From Eledone cirrhosa (lineage: Eukaryota), in assembly GCA_964016885.1 (NCBI GenBank), contig OZ024741.1:11160001-11224000 (forward strand): a DNA stretch of 64,000 nucleotides, in the 5' to 3' direction. Position numbers and translations under genes: made by a program. Within the stretch, counting starts at the first letter, position 1; each line of letters opens with the position of its first letter. A model generated the notes under the pieces. That model saw only the letters and a list, made by a program, of their open reading frames with translations. It was not told the origin of the DNA and did no database searches. Below, piece after piece: positions 28,801 through 41,529 of this stretch.

Positions 28801-29244
28801 CCCGGGCAGGGATCCCTCAAAAAGATTTGCCCTAGATGCGTGCGTCACGAAGAAACCGTTGCGCACGCATTGGTGCAATGTCCGGGCGTGGCTGATCTGT
28901 GGGGCTACGCCGAACGACTGCTGTCGCGGGTGGCGCCGATTCAATTGACCGCCGAGTCCGTGATGACAATCAAACCGCCTCCCCTCTTCACAAAGGAAGC
29001 AAAGGCGGTTTTTCTGTGCGTAATAGCCATGTTGAAAGAGGTTGTTTGGTGGACACGATTGAAAGGTCTGAGGTCAGGCAACTTCCTCTCTGGCCATAGT
29101 CTGGTCTACTTCTTCCGATATCACTTCGGAAGAAGGATAAGAATGGAGAGAGAGGTGCTTGGCCACAGGCAGTTTTATGAAAGGTGGGTGATAGTGGCGA
29201 GAATGGCTCGTGTAAATGGGCCTTCTCTGTATACCATCCTGTAG
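25808..29244 (+). pseudogene. Tx1 ORF2 (APE, RT, zinc finger) with late stops and a frameshift
   Basis: 828 aa open frame, then TGA at 28292 (Trp in the sibling), TAG at 28577 and a frameshift near 28820. Confidence 0.9.
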
Positions 29245-29458
29245 GTAAAGAAGTAAAGGAGAAGGGAGCACCTTCTCCATGTGCTCCCCGGGCAAAGGAT
29301 TGCACACCTTTTCGGGGGGGTGTGCAACCCCCATCACGTCCCCTCCCTTTTGAGGTTATTTTCGATTATTTTCATGTTACACCCTTTTTACTCGATTATA
29401 TGTAATCTCCCCCTTTGTATTTGTCCCTTCTTTTTATGCCTTTATGGTAAATAAAGAA

Positions 29459-29497
<39 letters not shown>

Positions 29498-29536
29498 GAT
29501 CTATCTATCTATCTATCGATCTATCTATCTATCTAT
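29459..29536. repeat. (ATCT)n spacer between Tx1 copies
   Basis: About 19 near-perfect ATCT units. Confidence 0.95.
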
Positions 29537-29750
29537 TGGGATGGACACACGCGTATAACTTGCTGAGTAAGTTCTGTTTAAATTTCTATAGAAATTCTTG
29601 TCTGATAACTTTAATTTTTGTACCATTTTGTAGAGGGACTGCCAGGTCAAACTTTGATCTGGTCAGTCTCTCAAAACATTCTACGCCTTTAGGCGAAATA
29701 GTTAAACAAAAAAAAAAGTTTTTTCTTGTTGAAAAGTCAATATTTTTTAA

Positions 29751-31547
29751 ATGGCCGAAGCTTCTTCACCAAAATTCGAAGGAGGAAAGGGGAAGATGAA
29801 CTTACAGCTTCCCCTTGCCACTGTCACAGTAGCAGAGGTCAAGAAGAAAGGTCAGCCAGAGGAAGAATTCTCTCCACCTGTTAACCAACAACTTGACGTT
29901 GCCATGGCAACAACCCAAAGAACCAGCAGCAACAGCAACAACAACAACAATGCGACGGACGAAAACAACACCAATAACAACAACAATAACAATAACAACA
30001 ACAAGACCAATAACGGTGACAACAACAACAATGATAACAACAACACCACCAACGACAACAACAACACAAACAAATTAAATTTCTCCTTCGCCGAGACGAC
30101 AAGGAAAACCCTCGACTATCTGCCAGTAGACATAACAAAAGCGAAGGCGCTACTGGCGTATGCGAAAAAATATATAGTGTACGGAGAAAATGGTTCATTC
30201 ACAATCCATTCCCCCCCGGAACTAAAAAGCCAGAGACTCTTAAACACGGTCATGTTTAGGACAATCTCGAACAAAAGTAAAAAACCAGCTCAACCATCAC
30301 AGAGCGAGATAGAGCTGGTTTTAAAAGACGTCATGAAGGACATCACCTTCATTCAGAAGGATAGACTCTACGGGAGTCTATCCATTCTCATGAAGGACAG
30401 GGACACAGCAGTGAAACTGTCCATCAAACCAATCACATCCACCGCATACACCTTCTACCCTACGTACATGGGTAGAAGAACACAAAAAATAAAAATCCAC
30501 ACCATCCTGCCGATTATGGACATATGGTGGGTTTTGACAGGTTTTCTGGACCTGGAGGATGACATGCTGGTGTCCATGGGAAAGGCATCGGGTGACGCGT
30601 TCAGTGGAACGAGCCTCGAACTTGTAGTTCAAATGAGGCCCGAAAGGATCGCCCAGATCCCTGAACGCGTCATACTGGATGATCTAACCTTCATCAACAT
30701 TACCGTTGAGGGTAGACGGCCCTCGTGTTACCTCTGCGGAACCAGAGGTCACCTGAGGGCTGTCTGTCCCCAACTTAATACGAAAACCCCAATCCTGCCT
30801 ACACCACCAACAACTGCACAACCAACACAATCACCACAACTACCACTACAAAAACAACCACCACAGCTCAAACCAAAACAAAACAATGTCCAACCCATCC
30901 CCTCCACTCAAAAAACAAAAACAATTTCCAAAACACCCGTACCGCAAACACAACCCGAAAATATACCCCTCCCCTCCAACGCGGAAGATGACCCTAGTTC
31001 GTCGTCAGACGAGGAGGAGCACTTCCACACAATCAAAAGAAAAAAAAGAAAACACACCTCAGACACACAAATGAAAAAAACCCCTCCCCAAAACATAACA
31101 CTGACACCAACACAAAAGAGCTCACAACAACAGCAAACAAAAAACACCACACAAAAACAAAAACATGCATACACATACATAAACACAAGAAACAAAAAAC
31201 TGTTAAACATTGTGTACAACAACAATCTCATAAAAACACAAGGGCCTAACTTCACCCAGGCAGGGGATTTCCCCCACCTCAAAATGATTAAGGCCCCACA
31301 GGACACCTATAAAACTTTAAAAAACAATTTTAAAGAGGACGTGGGTCCCCCCTGCGTCGGGCCCATTAACCGCGTCCTCCTAAAAAACTATCCCACTCCC
31401 TCCCCAAACACCCACACAACTCCAAGCTCCCCAACCACACAACACACTGATGCCCCCACACTTCCACAAACCACCACCCCACCCAACAACCCATCCCCCA
31501 CCCTAATGGAAATTGTGCAGCCCGATACCCGGGTCGCAGAGAGGTAA
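29751..31547 (+). CDS. Tx1 ORF1 protein (zinc knuckle CYLCGTRGHLRAVC)
   Basis: 598 aa open frame with a poly-Asn tract and a Pro/Thr/Gln-rich C-terminal half. Confidence 0.88.
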   Translation: MAEASSPKFEGGKGKMNLQLPLATVTVAEVKKKGQPEEEFSPPVNQQLDVAMATTQRTSSNSNNNNNATDENNTNNNNNNNNNNKTNNGDNNNNDNNNTTNDNNNTNKLNFSFAETTRKTLDYLPVDITKAKALLAYAKKYIVYGENGSFTIHSPPELKSQRLLNTVMFRTISNKSKKPAQPSQSEIELVLKDVMKDITFIQKDRLYGSLSILMKDRDTAVKLSIKPITSTAYTFYPTYMGRRTQKIKIHTILPIMDIWWVLTGFLDLEDDMLVSMGKASGDAFSGTSLELVVQMRPERIAQIPERVILDDLTFINITVEGRRPSCYLCGTRGHLRAVCPQLNTKTPILPTPPTTAQPTQSPQLPLQKQPPQLKPKQNNVQPIPSTQKTKTISKTPVPQTQPENIPLPSNAEDDPSSSSDEEEHFHTIKRKKRKHTSDTQMKKTPPQNITLTPTQKSSQQQQTKNTTQKQKHAYTYINTRNKKLLNIVYNNNLIKTQGPNFTQAGDFPHLKMIKAPQDTYKTLKNNFKEDVGPPCVGPINRVLLKNYPTPSPNTHTTPSSPTTQHTDAPTLPQTTTPPNNPSPTLMEIVQPDTRVAER

Positions 31548-31571
31548 GTGCCTTTTCTCTTCACCACCAAC

Positions 31572-34500
31572 ATGGCTATGCTAAGAGTAGGCTGTTTAAA
31601 TGCGCGTGGCCTGGGCTCAACTTGGAAGCAAGCAATGCTTCTAAATGACCTCAGGTCACAACGTATAGATGTGATGGTTATTTGCGAGGCCCGGATCAGC
31701 AACGTGCGACAGCTGGCCCCACCTTTGATGACTTTGAGATGCACGCATCTCTCTGTCAGCCCGGAGGTGGGGGTGGAGTTGTCGTTCTGCTGCAAAAACA
31801 TCTGGGTCTCGCAACACAGATGGTACATTTGGACTCGGAGGGTCGACTAGTGGTTCTGGACCTTGGCAGTGGTAAAGGCGGAGCGTTTAGGTTGGTAGCC
31901 GCCTACGGCCCTTTCGGGTCAATGCGGCCGGACTTCTTCCATCGTCTGGAGACTTTTCTAGGGACGTCCCGCTCCTTGCTATTAGTGGGGGACTGGAATG
32001 GTATCCTAGATGCACGCTGGGACTACGTAGGGGCCTGCCCCGATAGAGAGGGGTGTAATATCCTCAAAGGGTTAATCGGTCGATTTGACCTGGCCGATAG
32101 ATATCGACTAGATTTTCCGACTGCGCCAACCTGGACTTGGGCAAATCGTAGCGGATCATCTAGGTCGTACCTAGATAGGTTCTTAGTTAGAATTAAGGAT
32201 AAGGACTTTTTAAGTTGTCCAAAAATGCGCATGGTTGGCTATTCAGACCACAAATTAGTGACCTGCATGGTCAACCTTGACAGAACTCATAGACAGGGCC
32301 CCGGTTACTGGAAGCTCAACTTGTCCTTGCCGGCAAGTAGAGCCTACAGGAATCGGATTAGTACGTTAGTTAAGGAACGGTTGACTGGAGCGATCGTCAA
32401 CAGCAGGTGGTGGGTATCTCTAAAGAGAGAGATTAGAGTAGTCTCGATAGAATTTAGTAAGGTTCTAGCTGCGGATAGGAATAGGAAGGAAAGGGAGCTA
32501 ATAGATAGAGTAGAAGAGGCAATTAGAAGCGGCGACGTGGCCAGAGTGCTAGCGTCGAGAACGGCTTTGAGCCAGTTTTTCGACGCGAAGCACGAAGGCT
32601 GCGTTGTCCGAAGTAAAATACGTGCTCTAGGGAACGAGGGGACCAAAGCTGTTAGCTGGGCCCGCGTGACAGAGGCCAACAGTGGAACTAAATCCACCAT
32701 CCGGTCTTTGCGAGACCTGGATGGACGGGCGATTCTTGAGCCTAAGCAGATGTGTAAGGCCTTTCAAAGGCACTTTGCCCGACTGTTCGGGAGGGGCGGG
32801 GAGCCGGTTGGGAACGTGGACTTCGGTCCATACCTCGATGGCCTGCCGCGCCTCTCGGACAGGGAGGCGAAGTCCTGCGAGGAGCCGATTTCGGCCGCTG
32901 AGATAGAGGACGTGCTGAGCCAATGCGGCAAACGCAAATCCCCGGGTCTCGATGGTCTCCCTTACGAATTATATCTAGCTATGCCGGACTTGTTCCCCGA
33001 TCTCCTCGAGGCGGTCTACTGCAACTGGCAACAGAACGGGAGAATTCCCTGTACTGTGACCAAGGGCGTAGTCACGCTAGTGAGGAAGGACGAGAACAAG
33101 GGGGACGAAATAAGTAACTTCAGGCCCATAACTCTGCTAAATACAGAGTTACAGATGTTGGCCAAGGTGCTAGCAAAGAGGTTGGCGCTTGTCGTGGGCA
33201 ACCTGGTGGGAGATGCGCAGACATGCGCTATCCCGTCCAGGTCCATCCATGACAACCTCCACCTCATGCGATACATCATAGAGAGGGTTGGGAACGAACC
33301 AGGCTTTGGTGGGGCTCTGATCAACTTGGATCAATCTAAGGCGTTCGATAGGGTCGACCATGGTTACCTGGATGCGGTGCTAGCGGCGGCAGGCTTCGGA
33401 CCCGTTTTCAGGGGCTGGATCACTGCTATGCACAGCAGCCGCATCTGCTCTAGGGTCAAGGTGAACGGCTACCTCTCGGAGCCGTTCAAAATCGCGCGGT
33501 CCATCCGACAAGGGTGCCCTCTCTCCTCCCTTCTGTATGTGTTGACTCTCGAGCCACTACTGCGGAAGTTGGAGTTGTTGCAGGGCATCCCTTTGGAACC
33601 GGGATTGCGGAAAGCGGTGTCGGCCTACGCCGATGACGTGACAGTAATGGTGTCGACGGCCTCCGAAATCGAGGCGGTCGGCACCTTACTGGAGGAGTAC
33701 GAAAAGTTCACAGGGGCTAAGCTGAACCGGGACAAGTCGATCGGTTTGCAACTCGGCACGTGGAGGGGAAGACCGATGCCCTCCGATGGCGTCGTCGGAC
33801 GCTGGACGGAGGGCCCGGTGAAGTTGCTCGGGGTCTGGTTCGGACCGGACCTCCAGGTGGAGAAAAACTGGGCGGAGGTTACGAACAGGGTGTTTGCACT
33901 GACCCAGAAGTGGGCCAGTTGCAAACTATCCCTGAAAGGTCGGGCGGAGGTGGCGAACACCTACATAGCGTCCGTCATCTACTACCGCCTGACCGTAGTG
34001 CCCTGCCCAAGGGAAACCCTCACTAAGATGGAGCGCGCGCTCTTCCAATTCCTTTGGAAGAGGCGGGCTCCTATGGTGAGGAGATCCATCTGCTGTCAAC
34101 ACCCTTCGAAAGGAGGGCTGGGGATGCCGTGGCTAATGATGCGTAAACACGCATTAAGGCTACGGCACCTCTACGTATTCCTCACCGGACAACCGGTGTG
34201 GGCCTCGTTTGTGAGACGAACCTTTCCCAGACTCGTCTCACTCACCGAGCTGCAATCCTGGGTCAAGCAAAGACCGAGAAAACTGGGCGCCTGGCACACT
34301 GAGTGTGCCCAGGCGCTCACCGCCCTCTGGCAGGCGGATCCGGTTATCAGTGGAGACTCCACCGCAACATTCTATAGAGGGCTGGTACGCAGCAGGTGCG
34401 ACGACGCCCTCGGAGAAGCCCTAGACATGGAGGAGGACGAACTGGCCAGCCTGTTCGGTAGGACATTCAGCCCGGGACCTATGGACAACTTCCAGAAGTC

Positions 34501-35008
34501 CCTGGCCTGGCAGTGCTACCGAGGGGCTTTACCCGTTCGAGAAAGGCTCTACAGACACGGGCGCCCGGGTAGGGACCCCGCCAAAAAGATCTGTCCCAGA
34601 TGCGTGTGCGACGAGGAAACCGTTGCACACGCATTGGTACACTGCTCGGGCGTAGCCGATCTGTGGGGCTATGTCGAACAACTGCTGTCAAGGGTGGGAC
34701 CGATCCGGTTGACCACCGAGTCTATTGTAATGATCAAGCCGCCTCCCCCCTTCAAAGATGAAGCAGAGGCGGTGTTTCTGTGCGTAATAGCCATGGCGAA
34801 AGAGGTTGTATGGTGGACGCGTCTGAAAGGACTGAGGTCAGGCACCTTTCTCTCTGGCCAACAACTGGTCCGTTTCTTCCGATATCATTTCGGAAGAAGG
34901 ATCAGGATGGAGAGAGAGGTGCTGCACCCCAGCCGTTTCTATGAAAGATGGGTGAAAGTGGCGAGAATGGCCCGTGTGAAGGGGCCTTCACTCTACGTCA
35001 GACTATAG
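31572..35008 (+). CDS. Tx1 ORF2 (APE endonuclease, reverse transcriptase, C-terminal zinc finger), one frameshift near 31720
   Basis: LNARGL, GDWN, SYLDRF, SDHK, KAFDRV, QGCPLS, YADD and CPRC..ETVAHALVHC. One C is missing in a C-run compared with the sibling at 25953. Confidence 0.88.
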
Positions 35009-35309
35009 GTGAGGAAGATGAAAGACCAAGGGAGCACCCCTTCTCTGTGCTCCTGAGGAGAAGGGTTGCACACTTTTTTGGGGGGTGTGTGCGACCCCCC
35101 AAGGCGCCTCCTCTCTATTGAGGATTTTGTTATAAATTTTATTTTTTGTTATATCTTATTTTATTTTTATATTTTGTTATTGCCTCCTCCTTATTGAGGA
35201 CGCCTTTTTGTGTAAACTCCCCCCTTTGTACTTGTCCCACTTTTGATGCCCTAGTGGCAAATAAAAGAAACATATCTATCTCTCTATCTCTCTATCTATC
35301 TATCTACAT

Positions 35310-37315
35310 CTCCGTCCCTACCCCGCCGGAAACCACCACCCACCCAGACAACTCCTCTAACACCCCATGGAAACCGTGCGGCCTGATCCCCAGGAGACGA
35401 AGAGGTGAATGTTTTCTTGAGGTGAACTTCTACCTCTCGGAGCCGTTCCATATCACGCGATCCATTCGACAGGGATGCCCTCTCTCCTCCCTTCTGTACG
35501 TACTGACTCTCGAGCCACTACTGCGGAAGTTGGAGGGTATATACCTACCTATCCCCGGGAGACGAAGAGGTGGGTGATTTCTTTTCCTCTTTGTTTAACT
35601 TTTCAGCACCAGCATGGCCAATACAAGAGTTGGATGTATGAATGTACGCGGCCTGGGGATGCCCTGGAAACAGGGACTGCGGAAAGCGGCGTGGTCTACG
35701 CCGACGAAGTGACAGTAATGGTGTCGAGCACCTCGCAAATCGAGGAAGTCGCCACCTTACTGAAGGAATACGAAAGGTTCACAGGAACAAAGCTGAACCG
35801 GGACAAGTCCATCGGTTTGCAACTCGGATCGTGGAGAGACAAACCGATGCCTTCCGATGGCGTCGTCGGACGTTGGAAGGAAGGACCGGTAAAGCTGCTC
35901 GGGGTCTGGTTTGGTCCGGACCTCCAAGTGGAGAAGAACTGGAACGAGGTGACGGCCAAGGTGTTTGCGCTCACCCAGTAGTGGGCCGAGTGCAAGCTAT
36001 CCTTGAAAGGTCGAGCGGAGGTGGCGAACACTTTTATAGCGTCCGTTATCTACTACCGCTTGACTGTCGTGCCTTGTCCAGCCAAAAGGCTCACCAAAAT
36101 GGAGCGCGCGCTCTTCCAATTCCTTTGGAAGAAACGGGCTCCTTTGGTGAGAAGATCCATCTGCTGCCAACACCCTTCCAACGGAGGGCTGGAGATGCCG
36201 TGGCTGACGATGCGCAAACACGCGCTCAGGCTGCGGCATCTCTACGTATTCCTCACCGGACAACCGGTGTGGGCCCCGTTCGTGAGGCGAGCCTTCCCAC
36301 GACTCGTCTCGCTGACGGAGCTGCAGTCCTGGGTCAAGCAAAAACCGAGGAAAATGGGCGACTGGCACATCGAATGTGCTCAGGCGCTCACAGCCCTCTG
36401 GCAGGCGAACCCGGCGATCAGTGGAGACTCCACTTCGTCATTCTATAGAGGGTTGATCCGCAGCAAGTGCGATGACGCGCTTGGAGAAACTCTCGGCGTA
36501 GAGGAAGACGAACTGGTCAGTCTGTTCGGTAGGACCTTCCGCCCGGGACCGATGGACAACTTCCAAAGGTCCATGGCCTGGCAGTGCTACCGAGGAGCTC
36601 TACCAGTTCGAGACAAGCTCTACAGACATGGGCGCCCGGGCAGGGACCCTTCGAAAAAGATCTGTCCGAGATCCGTGCGAGACGAAGAAACCGTCGCACA
36701 CGTATTCATACACTGCCCGGGCGTTACCGACCTGTGGGGCTATGTAGAACGACTATTGTAGCGGGTGGGACCAATCCGGTTGACCACCGAGTCCATTGTC
36801 ATGATAAAACAGCCACCCTCCTTCAAAAACGAAGGAGAGGTGGTTTTCCTTTGTGTGATAGCTATGGCGAAAGAGGTTATATGGTGGACGAGGTTAAAAG
36901 GGCTGAAGTCAGACACCTTTCTCTCCGGCAAACAACTGATTCTTTTTTTTCAAATACCACTTTGGAAGAAGAATCAGGATGGAGAGAGAGGTGCTGTACT
37001 CCAGCAAGTTTTATGAAAGGTGGGTGAAAGTGGCGAGAATGGCCCGAGTGAATGGGCCTTGTCTCTATATCAGCCTGTAGGTTGAGGAAAAAGAGGAGGA
37101 GAGGAAAGGGGTACTCACTCTTCGTACTCCTGGAGATGAGGGTTGCACATTTTTCCGGGGGTATGTGTTACCCATATGTAATGTCTCCCCCTATTGGGGA
37201 AAATCGACTAATTTTTAAATTGCATTTGTGATAGTATTTTACACGTTTTTATTGTATGTAAACTCCCCCTTTGTATTTGTCCCCTTCTTTTGTGCCCCTG
37301 TGGCTAATAAACATA
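35310..37315 (+). mobile_element. Rearranged, truncated Tx1 copy 3 of the stack
   Basis: Order of pieces: ORF1 end, RT piece (RQGCPLS), ORF1/ORF2 junction, then RT from YADE to the 3' UTR. Ends aataaac followed by atatctatctatct. Confidence 0.88.
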
Positions 37316-37705
37316 TCTATCTATCTCTCTGTCTGTCTATCTCTCTACATGACTCCATATATATGTATATGTGTGTGTGTTTCTTTCTGTCTCTTACTCC
37401 CCTCCCCCCTCTCTCTCTCTCTCTCTCTCTCTTTCTTTCTTTCACACACACACTCTCTCGCTCTCTCCACTCCTACCATCCCTCTCTTTCTGGATTACCT
37501 CATCCTATCACTCCAGCTCCAGCATGCCTCCTACACTATGAACTATATCTACATACACCTATCTTCTTTTGTGTGTGTGTATTATATATATATATATACA
37601 TATGTGTGTGTGTGTATGTGTGTACAACATCTTATAATAGGACAAACCTTGCTTCTAATTATGAATATGTATGTGTGATTTTATATAATTTCATTTGTAT
37701 ATTTA

Positions 37706-37745
<40 letters not shown>

Positions 37746-37762
37746 TATATATATTTATATAT

Positions 37763-38279
37763 AGAGAAAATTGAGGTTGGTAATGGCACATGGAATATAT
37801 AAGAGACAGAATACTTTTTTGTGAAAAAACATATAATTTTATAAGGTAAGGAAATAATAAAGGGTATAAAAAATGACCGGTTTCGATGGGTCTGCAAAAG
37901 CCATCTTTTCAAATGTTGATTAATATTAAGAAAAATTAATAATAAGAAGAGTTAAAATTTGAGATTTGAAAATTCAAGTATAAAATTCATTGTGGGATTT
38001 CATAGTAGTTTTCATCTTGGTAGCAGCTAGTTGACTGCTGTGTGCCTTTCGGGTAGTGAATGAGAAGTTATTTGGGGGTGTGGGTTATTTTATAAAGGTC
38101 AGATTTAGCAATGGCCAGATGGCCAGCTGCTGGTCAGTGAGGGAGTGGAAGCAATATACATAAATATATCTCCCTGTGGTCGGTAGGAGAGGGGAGATTG
38201 ATAGAAAGGAATTTAGTGCACTTACACCTATATATACACACATACCTTCATCCACACATACATACATATACATATACAT

Positions 38280-38320
<41 letters not shown>

Positions 38321-38621
38321 CACACATACATACACACACACATACATACACACATACACACACACATATATGCACATACACACACATATATATATATACA
38401 CACACATACATATATATACATACACATACATCCAGATACATACATACATACACACACACACATATATATATGTGTACATACACATATATACACACATATA
38501 CATACACATATATATACACACACCCACACATACATACACACACACACATATATATACATACACACATACAAATACACACACACACACACACACATATATA
38601 CACATACACACACATATATAT

Positions 38622-38652
<31 letters not shown>

Positions 38653-38849
38653 CACATACGCATTTGAAAAGATGGCTTTCGCAGACCCATCGAAACCGGT
38701 CATTTTTTATACCCTTTATTATTTCCTTACCTTATAAAATTATATGTTTTTTCACAAAAAAGTATTCTGTCTCTTATATATTCCATGTGCCATTACCAAC
38801 CTCAATTTTCTCTATAACCTTCGTTTTGTGTAGTAAATTACACTTTTCA

Positions 38850-38850
<1 letters not shown>
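37763..38850. mobile_element. Fold-back element, family C (inverted arms of about 155 bp around a CA/TA microsatellite)
   Basis: 37763-37915 is the reverse complement of 38661-38813. Each arm has TTGAAAA gatgg...ccatc GAAA ccgg TC. Confidence 0.75.
38661..38706 (+). ncRNA. Minimal hammerhead, U3-A8 variant (mirror copy at 37870-37917 on minus)
   Basis: cat TTGAAAA gatgg-ctttcgcagac-ccatc GAAA ccgg TC atttt. Stem I is weak. Confidence 0.6.
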
Positions 38851-38887
<37 letters not shown>

Positions 38888-38911
38888 CATAAATATACAT
38901 TTACATATATA

Positions 38912-38970
<59 letters not shown>

Positions 38971-38996
38971 GTTGCCTCCCTTGCCGATCCCCACGT

Positions 38997-39040
<44 letters not shown>

Positions 39041-39680
39041 GGGATAACAGGTTATCGTTATAGCAGTCCACTTAGATGTAGTCCAGTTAGAGTACTCCGT
39101 GTAGCGGATAGTATTAACGTGTGGCTTAGTTTGACTCAACAAGACGTTTCCATAGTGATGCTGCGAGTTCGCGTTGATTTCTTGGAGTAATAATAATTCA
39201 AGAAAGATCAGCTAATATTGTAATCAAGGTTTTTGTCCTTAAGTTGCCAGATTTTATTGGCGAGGGTTGTGGACCTTACCAGTGCACGGTTCTTCATTGA
39301 ATATCTGTGCACATATCATCCTTTTTCACATGTCAATTTCATACATCTGTATCATATCAGTTTGTTTAACATGCTAGATTCATCATTATACTCTATTTCT
39401 TACTTATATTGATGTTATTATTTTAACTATTTGCTATTTAGTTATTTTACTTTATTATTGATATTATTGTTCTGGTTTAATACTATACCTATATAAAAGC
39501 CATGCCTTGTGTATCTTCTTCATTTCGCGTGCTCTGATGAAAACGACTGGTTATAAACAAAGTATTAGAGATCGATTGACGCAAAATCAGGCGGGTAGCG
39601 AAATCTAGACCTACCAGATCTAAGAAGCAATGTGAATAAAGCCCTTATTGTATAGCGAACAATGTCACTCTTCTTTCTTG

Positions 39681-39732
<52 letters not shown>

Positions 39733-40189
39733 TTATTTATTACTATATATTATTACTATATATATATATTCATATATAAAGTGTTAAAATGATCAAATTT
39801 TAGAACATTTATCCAGACTTCCCTCTGGAAGAAACAATTGTCAGCTAATAAATGTTCTAAACTAAAATTTGATCGTTTTAACACTTTGTTACTCGGCTCT
39901 GTAAAACACTTGAAAATTTGCATTGAGCCTTTTGTGATACCAGTAACCGGCGAGTACATATTTATAGTTATATCAAACATATATAAATATAAATATTGCT
40001 ATATTCATATATATATATATTTACATATATATATATGTATATATATATATGTATATATATATATATGTATACATATATATGTATACATATATATATGTAT
40101 ATATATATATGTATACATATATATATATATATATATTTTGAAATGCGCATAATAAAATACATGGAACTCTTTTAACCATCTTTTGATCT

Positions 40190-40228
<39 letters not shown>

Positions 40229-40475
40229 TATGTATATTTTACACACACACATATATATATATACATATATATATATATGTATATATGTATATATATGTAT
40301 GTATAATATGCACGCACACATAATATACATATTTACACCTACACATGCATACATATACATACATAGATGTATGTATATGTATGCATGATATATAGATAGA
40401 TACAGTGTTGCTCATGTATATATATATATATATATTGTTATACTTTGGGAGGGTCATGTATATATGTGTGTTGCT

Positions 40476-40514
<39 letters not shown>

Positions 40515-40737
40515 ACATAAACTAATATACATATGTGTATGTGTGTATATATATATGTGTGTGTGTATATATATATATATACATACACACATACACACAG
40601 AATTACGTCTTGGAATGCGGAAAGCGCACGCTAGTTAACGAGATATATGTTGAATAGCGCCCTCTGTGAAATACCTTCGGTAGCACAGACCTTAAGTGGT
40701 TCCAGTAGAATTTATGGTTGTATCTCAATGTAGAGAA

Positions 40738-41510
40738 ATTGTTGTTGTTGTTGTTGTTGTTACAGTTATTGCTGTTGTTGTTGTTACAGTTATTGCTGTT
40801 GTTGTTGTTGTTGTTGTTGCTAGTTATTGTTGTTGTTGTTACAGTTATTGTTGTTGTTGTTAGTTATTGTTGTTGTATTATTGTTGCTGTAGTTGCTGTT
40901 GTTACAGATATTGCTGTTATTGTTGTTGTTGCTGTTATTGCTAGTTATTGTTGTTGTTGGTGTTTTGTTATAGTTGCTGCTGCTGTTGTTATTATTGCTG
41001 CTGTTGGTGTTATTATTGTTGTTGTTGCTGTTGTTGTTGGTGTTTTGTTATAGTTGCTGCTTTTGTTGTTGGTGTTTTGTTATAGTTGCTGCTTTTGTTA
41101 TTATTACTGCTGCTGTTGTTATTATTGCTGCTGTTGGTGTTATTATTGCTGCTGTTGTTGTTATTATTGTTTCTGTTGGTGTTATTATTGCTGCTGTTGG
41201 TGTTATTATTGCTGCTGTTGGTGTTATTACTGCTGCTGTTGGTGTTATTATTGTTTTTGTTGGTGTTATTATTGCTGTTGTTGATGTTATTATTGCTGCT
41301 GTTGGTGTTATTACTGCTGCTGTTGGTGTTATTATTGTTTCTGTTGGTGTTATTATTGCTGTTGTTGATGTTATTATTGCTGCTGTTGGTGTTATTATTG
41401 CTGTTGATGTTATTACTGCTGCTGTTGATGTTATTGTTGCTGCTGTTGATTTTATCGTTGCTACTACTTCAGTTGTTTTCGATATTATTGCTGCAGTTGT
41501 TTTTGCTGAT
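40738..41510. repeat. GTT/ATT/GCT trinucleotide mosaic with 21-bp period
   Basis: The unit gctgctgttggtgttattatt recurs from about 41100 to 41440. Confidence 0.9.
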
Positions 41511-41529
41511 AGTGTTACAGCGGTTGATC

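Larger units (their letters stand above)
23650..29460 (+). mobile_element. Full-length Tx1/L1-clade LINE, copy 1 of the tandem stack
   Basis: 5' UTR, ORF1 and ORF2, ending aaataaagaa followed by (ATCT)n. Confidence 0.93.
29537..35272 (+). mobile_element. Full-length, nearly intact Tx1/L1-clade LINE, copy 2 of the stack
   Basis: Intact ORF1 and an ORF2 with a single frameshift. Ends aaataaaagaaac followed by ATCT/CT repeats. Confidence 0.95.

Noticed and set aside
39525-39620. CTGATGA...GAAA pair
   Set aside because: I could not build consistent stems I and II.
40655-40670. Second CTCF-like motif (minus cacagagggcgcta)
   Set aside because: Partial match only, with no supporting context.
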